Positions 1 through 9,455 of a stretch of 64,000 nucleotides of DNA are shown piece after piece. The stretch is from an uncultured virus (IMG/VR IMGVR_UViG_3300007539_009079) (lineage: Duplodnaviria; Heunggongvirae; Uroviricota; Caudoviricetes). Under the pieces are notes generated by a model. That model was not told the DNA's origin. It saw only the letters and a program-made list of their open reading frames with translations, and searched no databases. Every line of letters starts with the position of its first letter. The stretch's first letter is position 1. The DNA is taken from IMG/VR virus record IMGVR_UViG_3300007539_009079, one strand, 5' to 3'. The translations under genes were made by a program, and so were the position numbers.

Positions 1-2
1 AT

Positions 3-122
3 GCTGGTGAAGAAATATTCAATAAAGTTTATAGACAAGTTGTTGGTTTGATCAAAAAACCAGTTAAAAATCCTGTTGGTAAAAAATGGATTCAATCTGA
101 ATTGGAGAAAAAGAAAAGGTAA
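3..122 (+). CDS. 3' end of a gene entering the window (hypothetical)
   Basis: Open frame ...AGEEIFNKVYRQVVGLIKKPVKNPVGKKWIQSELEKKKR* ending TAA 120-122, 3 nt before the next ATG. Confidence 0.5.
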   Translation, partial: AGEEIFNKVYRQVVGLIKKPVKNPVGKKWIQSELEKKKR

Positions 123-125
123 TAG

Positions 126-911
126 ATGAAAAGTGATTTTGGAATATTTACTATTGTGCAAAATGAAAAATATTTTTTACCAAAATTAATAAAGTATTAT
201 ACACAATATGTTGATGAAAAACATTTTTATATTTTAGATCATGATAGTAATGATGGATCTACTGATAATTTAAATGTTAACATTGTTAAAATTTTTAATA
301 AAAGATCGTTTGACCATGCATGGTTAGTTCAGGTAGTTGAAAATTTTCAACAGACGATGTTATCAAGATATAAAAATGTAATATTCGTTGAAGCCGATGA
401 TTTTTTGTATACATTAAATGGAGATTTCATACAAGTTTTAAGTGATCATCTAAAGGAGAATGATTATGCTATTAATACCGGTTACAATATTGTACACGAT
501 TACTTAAATACTGAGAAAGATACTGATTTGACATTAGAACAGTTTGATTGTTCTATTAAATATAGAAATTATTGGACTCGAAAGCCTAATCATGATAAGG
601 CATTGGTAACAAAAGTACCATTGTTTTATACTCATGGATTTCATGGATTTAGAAAAAAAACAAAAGGTATAAATGGTTCAAAGTGTGAAGATCTTTTTTT
701 AGCCCATTTACATACAGTTGATTTTAACTTAAATATTGAACGTGGAAAACATCGATTGGAAAACAGAGATACAAAAGGCGGAGATGGTGAAGGTCATCAT
801 AATAAAACCGCCAGTGTTAATCAGCAGATCGATTATTTCAAAAGATTCATACCTAAAATGCAGACCATACCCATTGAGCATAAGGAAAGAATGATTTCTT
901 TAGGAATTTAA
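126..911 (+). CDS. Glycosyltransferase family 2-like protein
   Basis: N-terminal FTIVQNE..L, ILDHDSNDGS and VEADDF (DxD) motifs typical of GT-A/GT2. Confidence 0.7.
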   Translation: MKSDFGIFTIVQNEKYFLPKLIKYYTQYVDEKHFYILDHDSNDGSTDNLNVNIVKIFNKRSFDHAWLVQVVENFQQTMLSRYKNVIFVEADDFLYTLNGDFIQVLSDHLKENDYAINTGYNIVHDYLNTEKDTDLTLEQFDCSIKYRNYWTRKPNHDKALVTKVPLFYTHGFHGFRKKTKGINGSKCEDLFLAHLHTVDFNLNIERGKHRLENRDTKGGDGEGHHNKTASVNQQIDYFKRFIPKMQTIPIEHKERMISLGI

Positions 912-913
912 TA

Positions 914-2005
914 ATGAAAAATTATGATTATCTTGTAGTGGGTGCAGGTTTTTTCGGATCTATTTGTGCAAATCATTTGAGCAATTCCGGAAAAAAAGTA
1001 TTGGTGATTGATAGTAGAAATCACATTGGAGGAAATTGTTATACTGAAAAAAAAGACAATATAAATTTACACATTTATGGACCTCATATTTTTCACACCT
1101 CAAATTTTTCTGTTTGGAAATGGATAAATCAATTTTGCTCTTTTAATAGTTTTTCATATAGACCTGTTGCAAATTTTAAGGGAGAAGTTTACTCTCTTCC
1201 TTTTAATATGTGGACATTTTCTAAATTGTGGAAAATTTGTTTACCTTCAGACGCAAAAAAAATAATAGAAGAACAAAGTAAGCACATACAAGAACCTAAA
1301 AATTTAGAAGAACAGGCAATCAAATTAGTAGGCATTGATGTTTATGAAAAATTAATAAAAGGATATACTGAAAAACAGTGGAGAAAAAAATGTCATTTAT
1401 TACCTAAAGAAATAATAAAGAGGTTACCTGTCAGATTTAACTACGACAATAATTATTTTAATGATCCTTATCAAGGAATACCTGTCGGTGGTTATACTCA
1501 AATTTTTGATAAACTATTAAAAAATATTGATGTTTTATTGAACACAGACTATTTCACAGATAAATTACCTACGCACAATAAAATAATTTACACTGGACCT
1601 ATTGATAAATTTTTTGATTTTAAATATGGACAACTAGAATATAAAACAGTTAAATTAAATCACCATTTAATTGAAGATGAAAATTATCAAGGTGTGGCCG
1701 CTATGAATTTTACAGATGTTAATGTTCCATACACTAGAATAATAGAACATAAACATTTTGAAAATACCATTTCGGAGAAAACTTGGATATCATATGAATA
1801 TCCTATTGAATATGTACCAGAAAAAACGGAACCATTTTATCCAGTCAATGATTTGCATAATAATTTAATTTATGAAAAATATAAAAAAATGGTACAAAAA
1901 GAAAAAAATGTTTTCATTGGGGGCCGATTAGGTGAATATAAGTATTACGACATGGATAAAGTTATTATTTCAGCATTTAATTTTTTAGAGGATTTGAATG
2001 AGTAA
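914..2005 (+). CDS. glf: UDP-galactopyranose mutase
   Basis: VGAGFFG FAD motif, HIGGNCY, HxYGPHIFHT, GYTEKQW, YTRIIEHKHF, GRLGEYKYYDMD. Confidence 0.95.
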   Translation: MKNYDYLVVGAGFFGSICANHLSNSGKKVLVIDSRNHIGGNCYTEKKDNINLHIYGPHIFHTSNFSVWKWINQFCSFNSFSYRPVANFKGEVYSLPFNMWTFSKLWKICLPSDAKKIIEEQSKHIQEPKNLEEQAIKLVGIDVYEKLIKGYTEKQWRKKCHLLPKEIIKRLPVRFNYDNNYFNDPYQGIPVGGYTQIFDKLLKNIDVLLNTDYFTDKLPTHNKIIYTGPIDKFFDFKYGQLEYKTVKLNHHLIEDENYQGVAAMNFTDVNVPYTRIIEHKHFENTISEKTWISYEYPIEYVPEKTEPFYPVNDLHNNLIYEKYKKMVQKEKNVFIGGRLGEYKYYDMDKVIISAFNFLEDLNE

Positions 2006-2948
2006 AATTTTTATTACTGGAATCTCAGGAATGATAGGTTTTCATCTTTCATTGCTATTGAAAAATATGGGTCATCAAGTGAAGGGTATAGACAATTTTA
2101 ATAGTTATTATGATCCTGAATTGAAACATGATAGATCAAAAATTTTAATGAATAATTATGTAGATGTTTTAAATGATGATGTATTGAGAACAAATAAATG
2201 GTCTTCATATTTAAAAGATGTTGATTGTGTGATTCATTTATCTGCGAGTGTTGGGATAAGACATTCATTGGAAAATCCATATGAGTATATTGAAAATAAT
2301 ATTGTTGCGACACAAAAATTAATAGATGCCTGTCAACAATATGATATTAATAATGTAATCTATGCATCTACTTCTTGTGTTCAACACGGACAGCCCTTAC
2401 CTTTTAAAGAATCAGACAATCCTTCACATCAAATATGCTCGTATGGTTACACTAAAAGAGTTAACGAATGTCAATTTCTATCATCAAATATTGATAAAAC
2501 AGTTGGTCTAAGATTCTTCACAGTGTATGGTCCTTATGGAAGACCTGATATGGCATTATTTGAATTTACACATAATATTTTTAATGATAAAGAAATAACA
2601 CTGTTTAATAATGGAGAAATGAAAAGAGATTTTACATATGTTGAAGATATTGTGCAAGGTATATCAGTTGTATTGAATAAAGTATTGAATGATAACCATA
2701 ATTATGATGAGATATATAATATTGGTAGAGGTGAACAGGTACATTTGATGGATTTTGTTTCATCAATTGAAAAGCATGTGGGTAAAAAGGCAAAAATAAA
2801 ATATGGGTATCTACATCCAGCAGACCTCAAAGAGACATGGGCAGACATAAGTAAAATTAAAGCAATAGGTTATGTACCTAAAACCTCTATACATGAAGGA
2901 GTTGAAAAATTTGTAAATTGGTATCGTGAATACTATAAAATGGATTAA
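1998..2948 (+). CDS. NAD-dependent epimerase, UDP-glucuronate 4-epimerase-like
   Basis: TGISGMIG, DNFNSYYDP.LK, YGYTK (YxxxK), LRFFTVYGPYGRPDMA, RDFTYVEDIV. Confidence 0.9.
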   Translation: MSKIFITGISGMIGFHLSLLLKNMGHQVKGIDNFNSYYDPELKHDRSKILMNNYVDVLNDDVLRTNKWSSYLKDVDCVIHLSASVGIRHSLENPYEYIENNIVATQKLIDACQQYDINNVIYASTSCVQHGQPLPFKESDNPSHQICSYGYTKRVNECQFLSSNIDKTVGLRFFTVYGPYGRPDMALFEFTHNIFNDKEITLFNNGEMKRDFTYVEDIVQGISVVLNKVLNDNHNYDEIYNIGRGEQVHLMDFVSSIEKHVGKKAKIKYGYLHPADLKETWADISKIKAIGYVPKTSIHEGVEKFVNWYREYYKMD

Positions 2949-2950
2949 GA

Positions 2951-3574
2951 ATGGAATACACTAAAAAATACTGGAACGAATATTATAAAAATAAAATAAA
3001 CTCTGAACGATTACCTTCTCAATTTGCCGCATTTATTTTAAATGAATTTTGTAATGTTGAACAGATTGTTGAATTTGGTTGTGGAACTGGTAGGGATAGT
3101 TTTTTCTTTTCGAATTATGGTAAAAAAGTTTTAGCGTTAGATTACTCTGAAACCATTATTGAAAATAATATAAAAATTAATAATAATGATAATTTAAAAT
3201 TTGAACTACTTGACGTTTCTTCAGAAGAAAGCATCACAAATTTTCAAAAAAAATATTCTAATTTGGATAATGTTTTAGTATATGGAAGATTTTTTATTCA
3301 TGGCATAGATGAAAAATCAGAAGATAATTTTTTGAATATGTGTGATAAAATGATAAAAAATGGCGGCTCTATTGCCTTAGAGTTTAGAACAAATAGAGAT
3401 GAAAATTTGGTCAAAGAAACTGAATCACATTTTAGAAGATTTGTCAATCCTTTATTTCTGATAAAAAAATTTAATAATATAAATTTTAAAATTAATTACT
3501 ATTACGAGGGATGGGGTTTTGCAAAATATAAAAATGATGATGCATATGTCGCTCGAATAATTGCACAGAGGTAA
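2951..3574 (+). CDS. Class I SAM-dependent methyltransferase
   Basis: VEFGCGTGRD motif I, ALDYS, YGRFFIH. Confidence 0.85.
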   Translation: MEYTKKYWNEYYKNKINSERLPSQFAAFILNEFCNVEQIVEFGCGTGRDSFFFSNYGKKVLALDYSETIIENNIKINNNDNLKFELLDVSSEESITNFQKKYSNLDNVLVYGRFFIHGIDEKSEDNFLNMCDKMIKNGGSIALEFRTNRDENLVKETESHFRRFVNPLFLIKKFNNINFKINYYYEGWGFAKYKNDDAYVARIIAQR

Positions 3575-3576
3575 TT

Positions 3577-4173
3577 ATGTTAAGAGAATCTATAATTCCT
3601 AAAAAGTATCACCTAGAAAGTTTGAAAATGGTGATTGATAGAATAAAAAACTTGGAATATTTTGTTTTTTATGGTACACTATTGGGCATCACTAGGGAAA
3701 ATGATATCATTGAAAAAGATGATGATGTTGACCTTCTAGTCAATATTAAACACAGAGAACAATTATTAGAGGTTATGAAAGATTGTGAAGTGAAATTTAA
3801 TATGGGAAATTGGCCAAATCAATCTCCTTATTTTCTTCAAGGCAGAAGAATAATCGAAGGACATAGATTATCTTGTGTTGATTTTTATTTATATGATGAT
3901 TCTTTAGTTGAAAATCATATTGTTGACAGATGGAGTTTTTCTGGTAGAGTTGGGGAGAAACATTTTAGCATTCATGTTCCCAATGAAATTGTTTTTCCTA
4001 TTCAAAAGAAGAAATTTTATGATTATGAAATAAACATGCCTTCAAATCCAGTAAAATGTTGTGAGTTTTTATATGGAAAACATTGGATAAAAGATTTGAG
4101 AAAAAATATTGATTATAGAATGACAATAATTGATAATAAACCTAGAATTGTTATGAGTTTAGAACATGTATAA
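3577..4173 (+). CDS. LicD-family nucleotidyl/phosphotransferase
   Basis: YGTLLGITRE...DDDVD and C-terminal P.NP...LYG..W. Confidence 0.85.
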   Translation: MLRESIIPKKYHLESLKMVIDRIKNLEYFVFYGTLLGITRENDIIEKDDDVDLLVNIKHREQLLEVMKDCEVKFNMGNWPNQSPYFLQGRRIIEGHRLSCVDFYLYDDSLVENHIVDRWSFSGRVGEKHFSIHVPNEIVFPIQKKKFYDYEINMPSNPVKCCEFLYGKHWIKDLRKNIDYRMTIIDNKPRIVMSLEHV

Positions 4174-4975
4174 ATTATTTTGTATTTTATCTACGGGTAG
4201 ATCTGGCACTAGTTTATTATCCAATATTGCCAGTTCTATTAATTTTAATTTATCTGATTATTTGGTGGGTAAGCATCCATCGAATGTTAAAGGTCATTTT
4301 GAAGATTTGATCATAATGGATAGAAATGAATATTTTTTAAAGCAAATAGGTAAAACTATTTGGTCCACCGACAAATTATCTGACATTGAAAATCAGTATT
4401 TTACATCTAATTTTAAACCTGAAATTGTAAAGTATTTAACTGATAATTTAGCAGTCAAGAAAAATTTCTTAATAAAAGAACCTAGAATATCAAAATTATT
4501 CCATTTATATAAGAATATTTTTTCCGAATTAAATTCAAAAAACTATTATATGTTGCTATACAGATCTCCTTATTTGTATGTTAAATCTACGAAAAAAGCA
4601 TATAGTGATTTAGATATTGATTTGAGAAAAGGATCAAAGGTTTGGTTTTTGCACAATTATAATATTCTAAGCAATATTTCGGAAAATGATAACTTATATT
4701 ATTTGAATTTTTCAGATTTCATAAAAGATATTCCTTATTATGCAAAAGAAATATCAAATTTTGTTGAAGAATTTGTGATTGAAGACGAGTTTAATAATTA
4801 TTATAATCAATTTTATGAAAAGAAAATGGTAAGTTTTTCTGAAGATCAACCTTCAGGTATAACGTATGCAGATGAATTTTTTGATTTTATTCAAAATATA
4901 AAAAAGTATAATTTTCAAGAATTTAAAAATAATTTAAGAAAATGGAATTTGGAAAAAATTTTAAAAGAGGAGTGA
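4166..4975 (+). CDS. Sulfotransferase family protein
   Basis: STGRSGTS PAPS-binding loop, N.KGHFED, KEPR, YRSP. Confidence 0.75.
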   Translation: MYKLFCILSTGRSGTSLLSNIASSINFNLSDYLVGKHPSNVKGHFEDLIIMDRNEYFLKQIGKTIWSTDKLSDIENQYFTSNFKPEIVKYLTDNLAVKKNFLIKEPRISKLFHLYKNIFSELNSKNYYMLLYRSPYLYVKSTKKAYSDLDIDLRKGSKVWFLHNYNILSNISENDNLYYLNFSDFIKDIPYYAKEISNFVEEFVIEDEFNNYYNQFYEKKMVSFSEDQPSGITYADEFFDFIQNIKKYNFQEFKNNLRKWNLEKILKEE

Positions 4976-4981
4976 AACATT

Positions 4982-6013
4982 ATGAGTAAAACTATTTTAC
5001 TAACAGGTGGAGCAGGTTTTATAGCGCATCATTTTATTGAAGAGACATTAAATAAAACTGATTATAATATCATAACTTTAGATAGAATTGACTTTGGTGG
5101 CAATTTAAATCGAATGTATGATATTTTAAAAGACAATCCAGAAAGAAAACGTGTTAGAACGGTTTGGCATGATTTAAAATCTCCAATAAATTCTCAAATA
5201 TCATCTCATATTGGTAAAGTCGATTACATAATACATATGGCTGCAGGATCACATGTTGACCGAAGTATTGAATATCCAATGGAATTTGTTATGGATAATG
5301 TGATAGGAACTGTAAATTTATTGGATTATGCACGTAATATTGATAATTTGGAGAGGTTTATTTATTTTAGCACAGATGAAGTATTTGGGCCAGCTCCAGA
5401 CGGGATTAAATTTAAAGAGTGGGATAGGTATAATTCTGGTAATCCATACAGCGCATCAAAGGCAGGTGCGGAAGAGATGGTAGTCGCATATGAAAACACT
5501 TATAAAATACCAGTATATATTACCCATACTATGAATGTTTTTGGTGAGAGACAACATCCCGAAAAATACATACCAATGTGCATACGTAAAATTAGAGATC
5601 AGGAGCATATTACGGTACATTCTAATCCTGATAAGACTAAGGCGGGATCACGCCATTATATTCATGCAAAAGATGTTGCTGATGGTGTTCATTTTCTAAT
5701 GAATAATAATGTAAATATTGATGACAAAAGTAATGATCCTATGGGTGTTGCTAAAAATTTCAAATTCAATTTGGTCGGTCCTGAAGAGATTGATAATTTG
5801 ACTTTAGCAAAAACTATTGCGGAAGTTCAAGATAAAAGATTGAAATATGAAATGGTTGATTTTCATTCACAGAGGCCAGGTCATGATCTTAGATATGCAT
5901 TGGATGGCAGTTTAATGAAAAATATGGGGTGGGAACCTAGTATAAAATTTACAGATCGTGTGGCAGAAGTTGTCAATTGGTCTTTAAACAATCCTGTTTG
6001 GTTAGAGATATGA
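4982..6013 (+). CDS. rmlB: dTDP-glucose 4,6-dehydratase
   Basis: TGGAGFI, HMAAGSHVDRSI, STDEVFG, PYSASKA, QHPEKYIP, RPGHDLRYALD. Confidence 0.9.
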   Translation: MSKTILLTGGAGFIAHHFIEETLNKTDYNIITLDRIDFGGNLNRMYDILKDNPERKRVRTVWHDLKSPINSQISSHIGKVDYIIHMAAGSHVDRSIEYPMEFVMDNVIGTVNLLDYARNIDNLERFIYFSTDEVFGPAPDGIKFKEWDRYNSGNPYSASKAGAEEMVVAYENTYKIPVYITHTMNVFGERQHPEKYIPMCIRKIRDQEHITVHSNPDKTKAGSRHYIHAKDVADGVHFLMNNNVNIDDKSNDPMGVAKNFKFNLVGPEEIDNLTLAKTIAEVQDKRLKYEMVDFHSQRPGHDLRYALDGSLMKNMGWEPSIKFTDRVAEVVNWSLNNPVWLEI

Positions 6014-6216
6014 CGAATTTGTGCATTTATTGTCATTGGGAAAATGATGATAAAGCGATAAAATGTGAAAATTGTGGAAATTATCTTGACATTTTAAAAA
6101 ACATATCATATAATATGAGAAATTCTATAAAGGAATTTTATGGAAATTCAAATAAGACGAAAACAACTGGAATATCCCTGGTCGATAGATCATCGGAGAT
6201 TCAAAAAACTCTATAA
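6010..6216 (+). CDS. Small zinc-ribbon protein
   Basis: ATGA overlap with the rmlB stop; CxxC...CxxCG (CIYC, CENCG). Confidence 0.55.
   Translation: MTNLCIYCHWENDDKAIKCENCGNYLDILKNISYNMRNSIKEFYGNSNKTKTTGISLVDRSSEIQKTL
6086..6114 (+). promoter_or_regulatory. Consensus sigma70-type promoter
   Basis: TTGACA (6086-6091), 17 nt spacer, TATAAT (6109-6114); upstream of the ORF at 6140, which has an AAGGA RBS. Confidence 0.8.
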
Positions 6217-6394
6217 TGTCGGTATAGATTATGCCACTCAAACTTTGGATGCTGTTGATTTGTATAATGATCAGTATGTAACTATATTTTATTTTCAAAA
6301 ATATGGAATAAAAATAGACAATAGATTTAATATATATGATTTAATATCAGATGATGAAGGTTTTCTTATTGAAATTCACCCTAAAAAAATATGA
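6140..6394 (+). CDS. Hypothetical protein
   Basis: ORF with AAGGA RBS directly after a consensus promoter. Confidence 0.65.
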   Translation: MEIQIRRKQLEYPWSIDHRRFKKLYNVGIDYATQTLDAVDLYNDQYVTIFYFQKYGIKIDNRFNIYDLISDDEGFLIEIHPKKI

Positions 6395-6400
6395 GGTATT

Positions 6401-6892
6401 ATGGGTTTAGATATGTATGTCAGAGCTGTTAAAAAATGGGACATAGTTGATTTAGAGAAATTTGGTAAAACAATAATTAATTCTATGAATATAAATGTAA
6501 ATAGTAATGAAGATGTCAATTTTGATTTGCATGAATTTGTTCATAAAAATCCGACTGTTATGATTCCATTTGGTGTAGGTTCAGAACTATGTTATTGGCG
6601 TAAACATCCTAATTTACATGGATGGATGAAAGACTTGTTTTATGAAAAAGGTGGTAATAGTGATTCTGGTTTTAATGGAGACATTGTTTTTTTAACAAGA
6701 GAAGATGTATTAAAACTTAAAGAGCAAATTGAAAAGCATACATTACCTGATACTAAGGGTTTCTTTTTTGGTGAATCTTACATGGACGATGAAGAAAAAG
6801 AATGGAGAGATAACCATGATATGGAATGCATAGAAAAAATGCTGGCTGCAATAGATTCGGGTGATTTAATTTATTACTCATCATCTTGGTAA
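6401..6892 (+). CDS. Conserved phage protein of unknown function
   Basis: MGLDMY start, YWRKHPNLHGWM, GFFFG and YYSSSW end, a pattern I recognise from phage hypothetical proteins; GAGG RBS. Confidence 0.75.
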   Translation: MGLDMYVRAVKKWDIVDLEKFGKTIINSMNINVNSNEDVNFDLHEFVHKNPTVMIPFGVGSELCYWRKHPNLHGWMKDLFYEKGGNSDSGFNGDIVFLTREDVLKLKEQIEKHTLPDTKGFFFGESYMDDEEKEWRDNHDMECIEKMLAAIDSGDLIYYSSSW

Positions 6893-6895
6893 AAA

Positions 6896-7822
6896 ATGAA
6901 ATTAATTTGCGGTAAAAGTAACGAAGAATTATCTAAAAAAATTTCAGAATATTTGGATGTCAAATTAGTTGACATGAAATTATCTAAATTTTCTGATGGT
7001 GAAATATCTTGTGAAATATTAGAAAACGTGAGAGGAAATGATTGTTATGTGATTCAAACTTTCGATTCTAGTGATTCGATAATGTCATTGTTTATTATTG
7101 GTGATGCTTTAAAACGAGCAAGTTGTGGTCGTATAACTGCAGTTGTTCCATATTATGGGTATGCTAGACAGGATAGAAAATCTAAAAGCAGAACGCCAAT
7201 AACTGCAAAATTATTGGCGGATCTGATAACTGCATCTGGTTATAATCGTGTAATTACTATGGACTTACATGCAGGACAAATTCAAGGATTTTTTAATCTT
7301 CCTGTTGATGATCTTTTTGCTAGGAAAACATTTATTGAAGATATTAAAAAACAAGATTTAGAAGATATATGCATTGTTTCTCCTGATGCAGGAGGGGCTC
7401 CAAGAGCAAGAAGTATTGCAAAACCTTTTAATGCATCATTAGCAATTATCGATAAAAGAAGAGAGAAGGCTAATCATTCAGAAGTTATGCATGTAATCGG
7501 TGATGTTACTGATAAAGATTGTATTATTGTAGATGATATTGCTGACACTTGCGGAACATTGACAAATGCTGCCAGTGCATTGAAAAAGAGTGGAGCAAAA
7601 TCAGTTCGTGCTTACATTACACATGGAGTTTTAAGTGGTCCTGCTGCTGAGAGAATATTAGACTCTCAGATTCAGGAATTGGTCGTCACAGACACAATTT
7701 ATTATGACAGAACTAGTAAGATCAATACTCAAAAAATCAGAACAGTGACAGTTTCAGAAGTTTTTGCGGAGGCGATACGAAGAGTTCATAATAATGAAAG
7801 TGTTTCTAATTTATTTATTTAG
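6896..7822 (+). CDS. prs: Ribose-phosphate pyrophosphokinase (PRPP synthetase)
   Basis: FSDGEI, PYYGYARQDRK, MDLHAGQIQGFF, VSPDAGG, IVDDIADTCGT. Confidence 0.97.
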   Translation: MKLICGKSNEELSKKISEYLDVKLVDMKLSKFSDGEISCEILENVRGNDCYVIQTFDSSDSIMSLFIIGDALKRASCGRITAVVPYYGYARQDRKSKSRTPITAKLLADLITASGYNRVITMDLHAGQIQGFFNLPVDDLFARKTFIEDIKKQDLEDICIVSPDAGGAPRARSIAKPFNASLAIIDKRREKANHSEVMHVIGDVTDKDCIIVDDIADTCGTLTNAASALKKSGAKSVRAYITHGVLSGPAAERILDSQIQELVVTDTIYYDRTSKINTQKIRTVTVSEVFAEAIRRVHNNESVSNLFI

Positions 7823-7830
7823 GAGTTGAT

Positions 7831-8013
7831 ATGAAAAAGAATAAATATTTTCGTCAAAAAATGGCAGTTGAAAGAATTGAGCAAAATATTTTAGAATATC
7901 AAGAAAAAATCAAAAAGATTGATAAGGATGATGAGACTTTTAAAATCTTGACATCTAAATTAAAAAAAGCAAATCAAACAATTGAAAATACTTTGAAAAA
8001 AATGAAAAAATAG
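7831..8013 (+). CDS. Small basic coiled-coil hypothetical protein
   Basis: AGGAG RBS, 60 aa ORF filling the gap between prs and pyrF. Confidence 0.6.
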   Translation: MKKNKYFRQKMAVERIEQNILEYQEKIKKIDKDDETFKILTSKLKKANQTIENTLKKMKK

Positions 8014-8016
8014 GAC

Positions 8017-8646
8017 ATGTCTGATAAAACTGATTATCTATCAAAAACCATCATTGCTTTAGACGATTTCACAGTCGAAGAATCTGAAGCAATAATTCAA
8101 AAATGGAAATATGATGTTTATGCATTTAAACTCAATCATATTTTATATCCTTATGTTAAAAAAAATCATAGAAAAATTTTTTGTGATTATAAACTTTTTG
8201 ATATTCCCAACACAATGTGTAAAGTTGTTGAACATCTGATAGATACTGGTGCGGATATGGTAACTGTACATATGAATAATAATATAAAGGCCATCGAATC
8301 ATTATCCAAGTATTCAGATAAAATAAAATTATTGGGTGTTACACTATTAACTAGTTGGGATCACAATGATTCTGAATTTGTTTTTAAACAATCAATTGGT
8401 AGTGTATATGATAGGAGTATATGGATGATGGAAAAATATGGTTTTTGGGGAATGATTTGTTCACCGAAAGATTTATTATATGTTAACACCAAAACAAAAA
8501 AACTTAAAAAAATATGTCCTGGTATCAGAAAAGAAAATCAATTGAATGATGATCAGGTTAGGGTATCAACACCTCAAAAGGCTATTGATGATGGGGCAGA
8601 TTATTTAGTTATGGGAAGAAGTTTCTTTAAGAAAGATGATGTCTAG
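8017..8646 (+). CDS. pyrF: Orotidine-5'-phosphate decarboxylase
   Basis: IIALD, DYKLFDIPNT (DxKxxD), GVTLLTS, CPGIR, DDQ.R..TP, GADYLVMGR. Confidence 0.93.
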   Translation: MSDKTDYLSKTIIALDDFTVEESEAIIQKWKYDVYAFKLNHILYPYVKKNHRKIFCDYKLFDIPNTMCKVVEHLIDTGADMVTVHMNNNIKAIESLSKYSDKIKLLGVTLLTSWDHNDSEFVFKQSIGSVYDRSIWMMEKYGFWGMICSPKDLLYVNTKTKKLKKICPGIRKENQLNDDQVRVSTPQKAIDDGADYLVMGRSFFKKDDV

Positions 8647-9013
8647 TCTTCCGGCATCGCAGGATTTTTCAGATCTTTTATTGACGAATTCTGAAAAAAG
8701 TAAAGAAGCATCCTTAGGTGCTATGGAACATCATCTTTCAGATCAAAGGAATAGACTATCAGAACAAGCCTTGCTTTTAAAAAAACAATTAGATGAATTG
8801 ATCAGACGAGAAGAATTGGCCCGATTAATTTATTCCGCACAATATTCATTTCAACCAGTTCTCTTAAAACCATATTTTTTATACAAAAAAACAAATAGAA
8901 TTGTACTATCTCTAATATCGCCAGATGAATGGATAAATTGCCCTTTTGGAGAATTTGTTATGTCGGTTAGACAATTGGGGGATGGTACATGGGAGGAAAT
9001 TAATGTGGATTAA
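8636..9013 (+). CDS. Hypothetical protein (DUF2452-like)
   Basis: Coiled N-terminus, then Y.AQYSFQPV..K.YFLY...LSLISP.EW...GDGTW. Confidence 0.6.
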   Translation: MMSSLPASQDFSDLLLTNSEKSKEASLGAMEHHLSDQRNRLSEQALLLKKQLDELIRREELARLIYSAQYSFQPVLLKPYFLYKKTNRIVLSLISPDEWINCPFGEFVMSVRQLGDGTWEEINVD

Positions 9014-9197
9014 TAATATTACCAAATATTGTTGGATTATAAAATTTGAAACTGAAGAAATAGGAAGAACAAAAGAATTCACACTATTTGAAATGGATAC
9101 TCCTATGATTGAAGAAGAAAAGGAAAATATAAGATTGAATTGTGGCATTCCTTATCAAAAGTTGACGGTTGAATTATTCCGATTAAAAAAATATTGA
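9003..9197 (+). CDS. Hypothetical protein
   Basis: GGAGG RBS before ATG 9003; fills the space up to the tRNA promoter. Confidence 0.55.
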   Translation: MWINNITKYCWIIKFETEEIGRTKEFTLFEMDTPMIEEEKENIRLNCGIPYQKLTVELFRLKKY

Positions 9198-9221
9198 CAT
9201 TTTATATTTTTTTGATATAAT
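9194..9221 (+). promoter_or_regulatory. sigma70-type promoter for the tRNA pair
   Basis: TTGACA 9194-9199, 16 nt spacer, extended -10 TG-A-TATAAT (9213-9221), 16 nt before the first tRNA. Confidence 0.8.
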
Positions 9222-9237
9222 AAAATCATATCATAAA

Positions 9238-9312
9238 GTTCCGATAGTTAAACGGATATAACAGTGGACTTCTAATCCTCTATTCCAGGTTCGATTCCTG
9301 GTCGGAACGCCA
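9238..9312 (+). tRNA. tRNA-Arg (anticodon UCU)
   Basis: Acceptor GTTCCGA/TCGGAAC, anticodon loop CTTCTAA, T arm CCAGG-TTCGATT-CCTGG, encoded CCA. Confidence 0.92.
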
Positions 9313-9316
9313 TTTT

Positions 9317-9393
9317 GGACCTCTAGCTCAATAGGTTAGAGCATCCGACTCATAATCGGCAGGTTCTCGGTTCAAGTCCGAGGAGGTCCACCA
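9317..9393 (+). tRNA. tRNA with CAU anticodon, probably Ile2 (lysidine type) rather than Met
   Basis: Acceptor GGACCTC/GAGGTCC, D arm GCTC..GAGC, anticodon arm CGA-CTCATAA-TCG as in bacterial tRNA-Ile2, T arm CTCGG-TTCAAGT-CCGAG, ACCA end. Confidence 0.9.
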
Positions 9394-9455
9394 TTTCCTC
9401 AGAATAAATATTCTTTGAACGTTAGTTCGTATTTACTTTAATCTAAAAGGTAACC

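Noticed and set aside
126..6013. Bacterial O-antigen or capsule locus
   Set aside because: No wzx/wzy/wzm/wzt or rmlA/C/D, and the surrounding genes are T4-like phage genes.
9317..9393. Initiator tRNA-fMet
   Set aside because: It has a paired G1-C72 and lacks the three consecutive G-C pairs in the anticodon stem.
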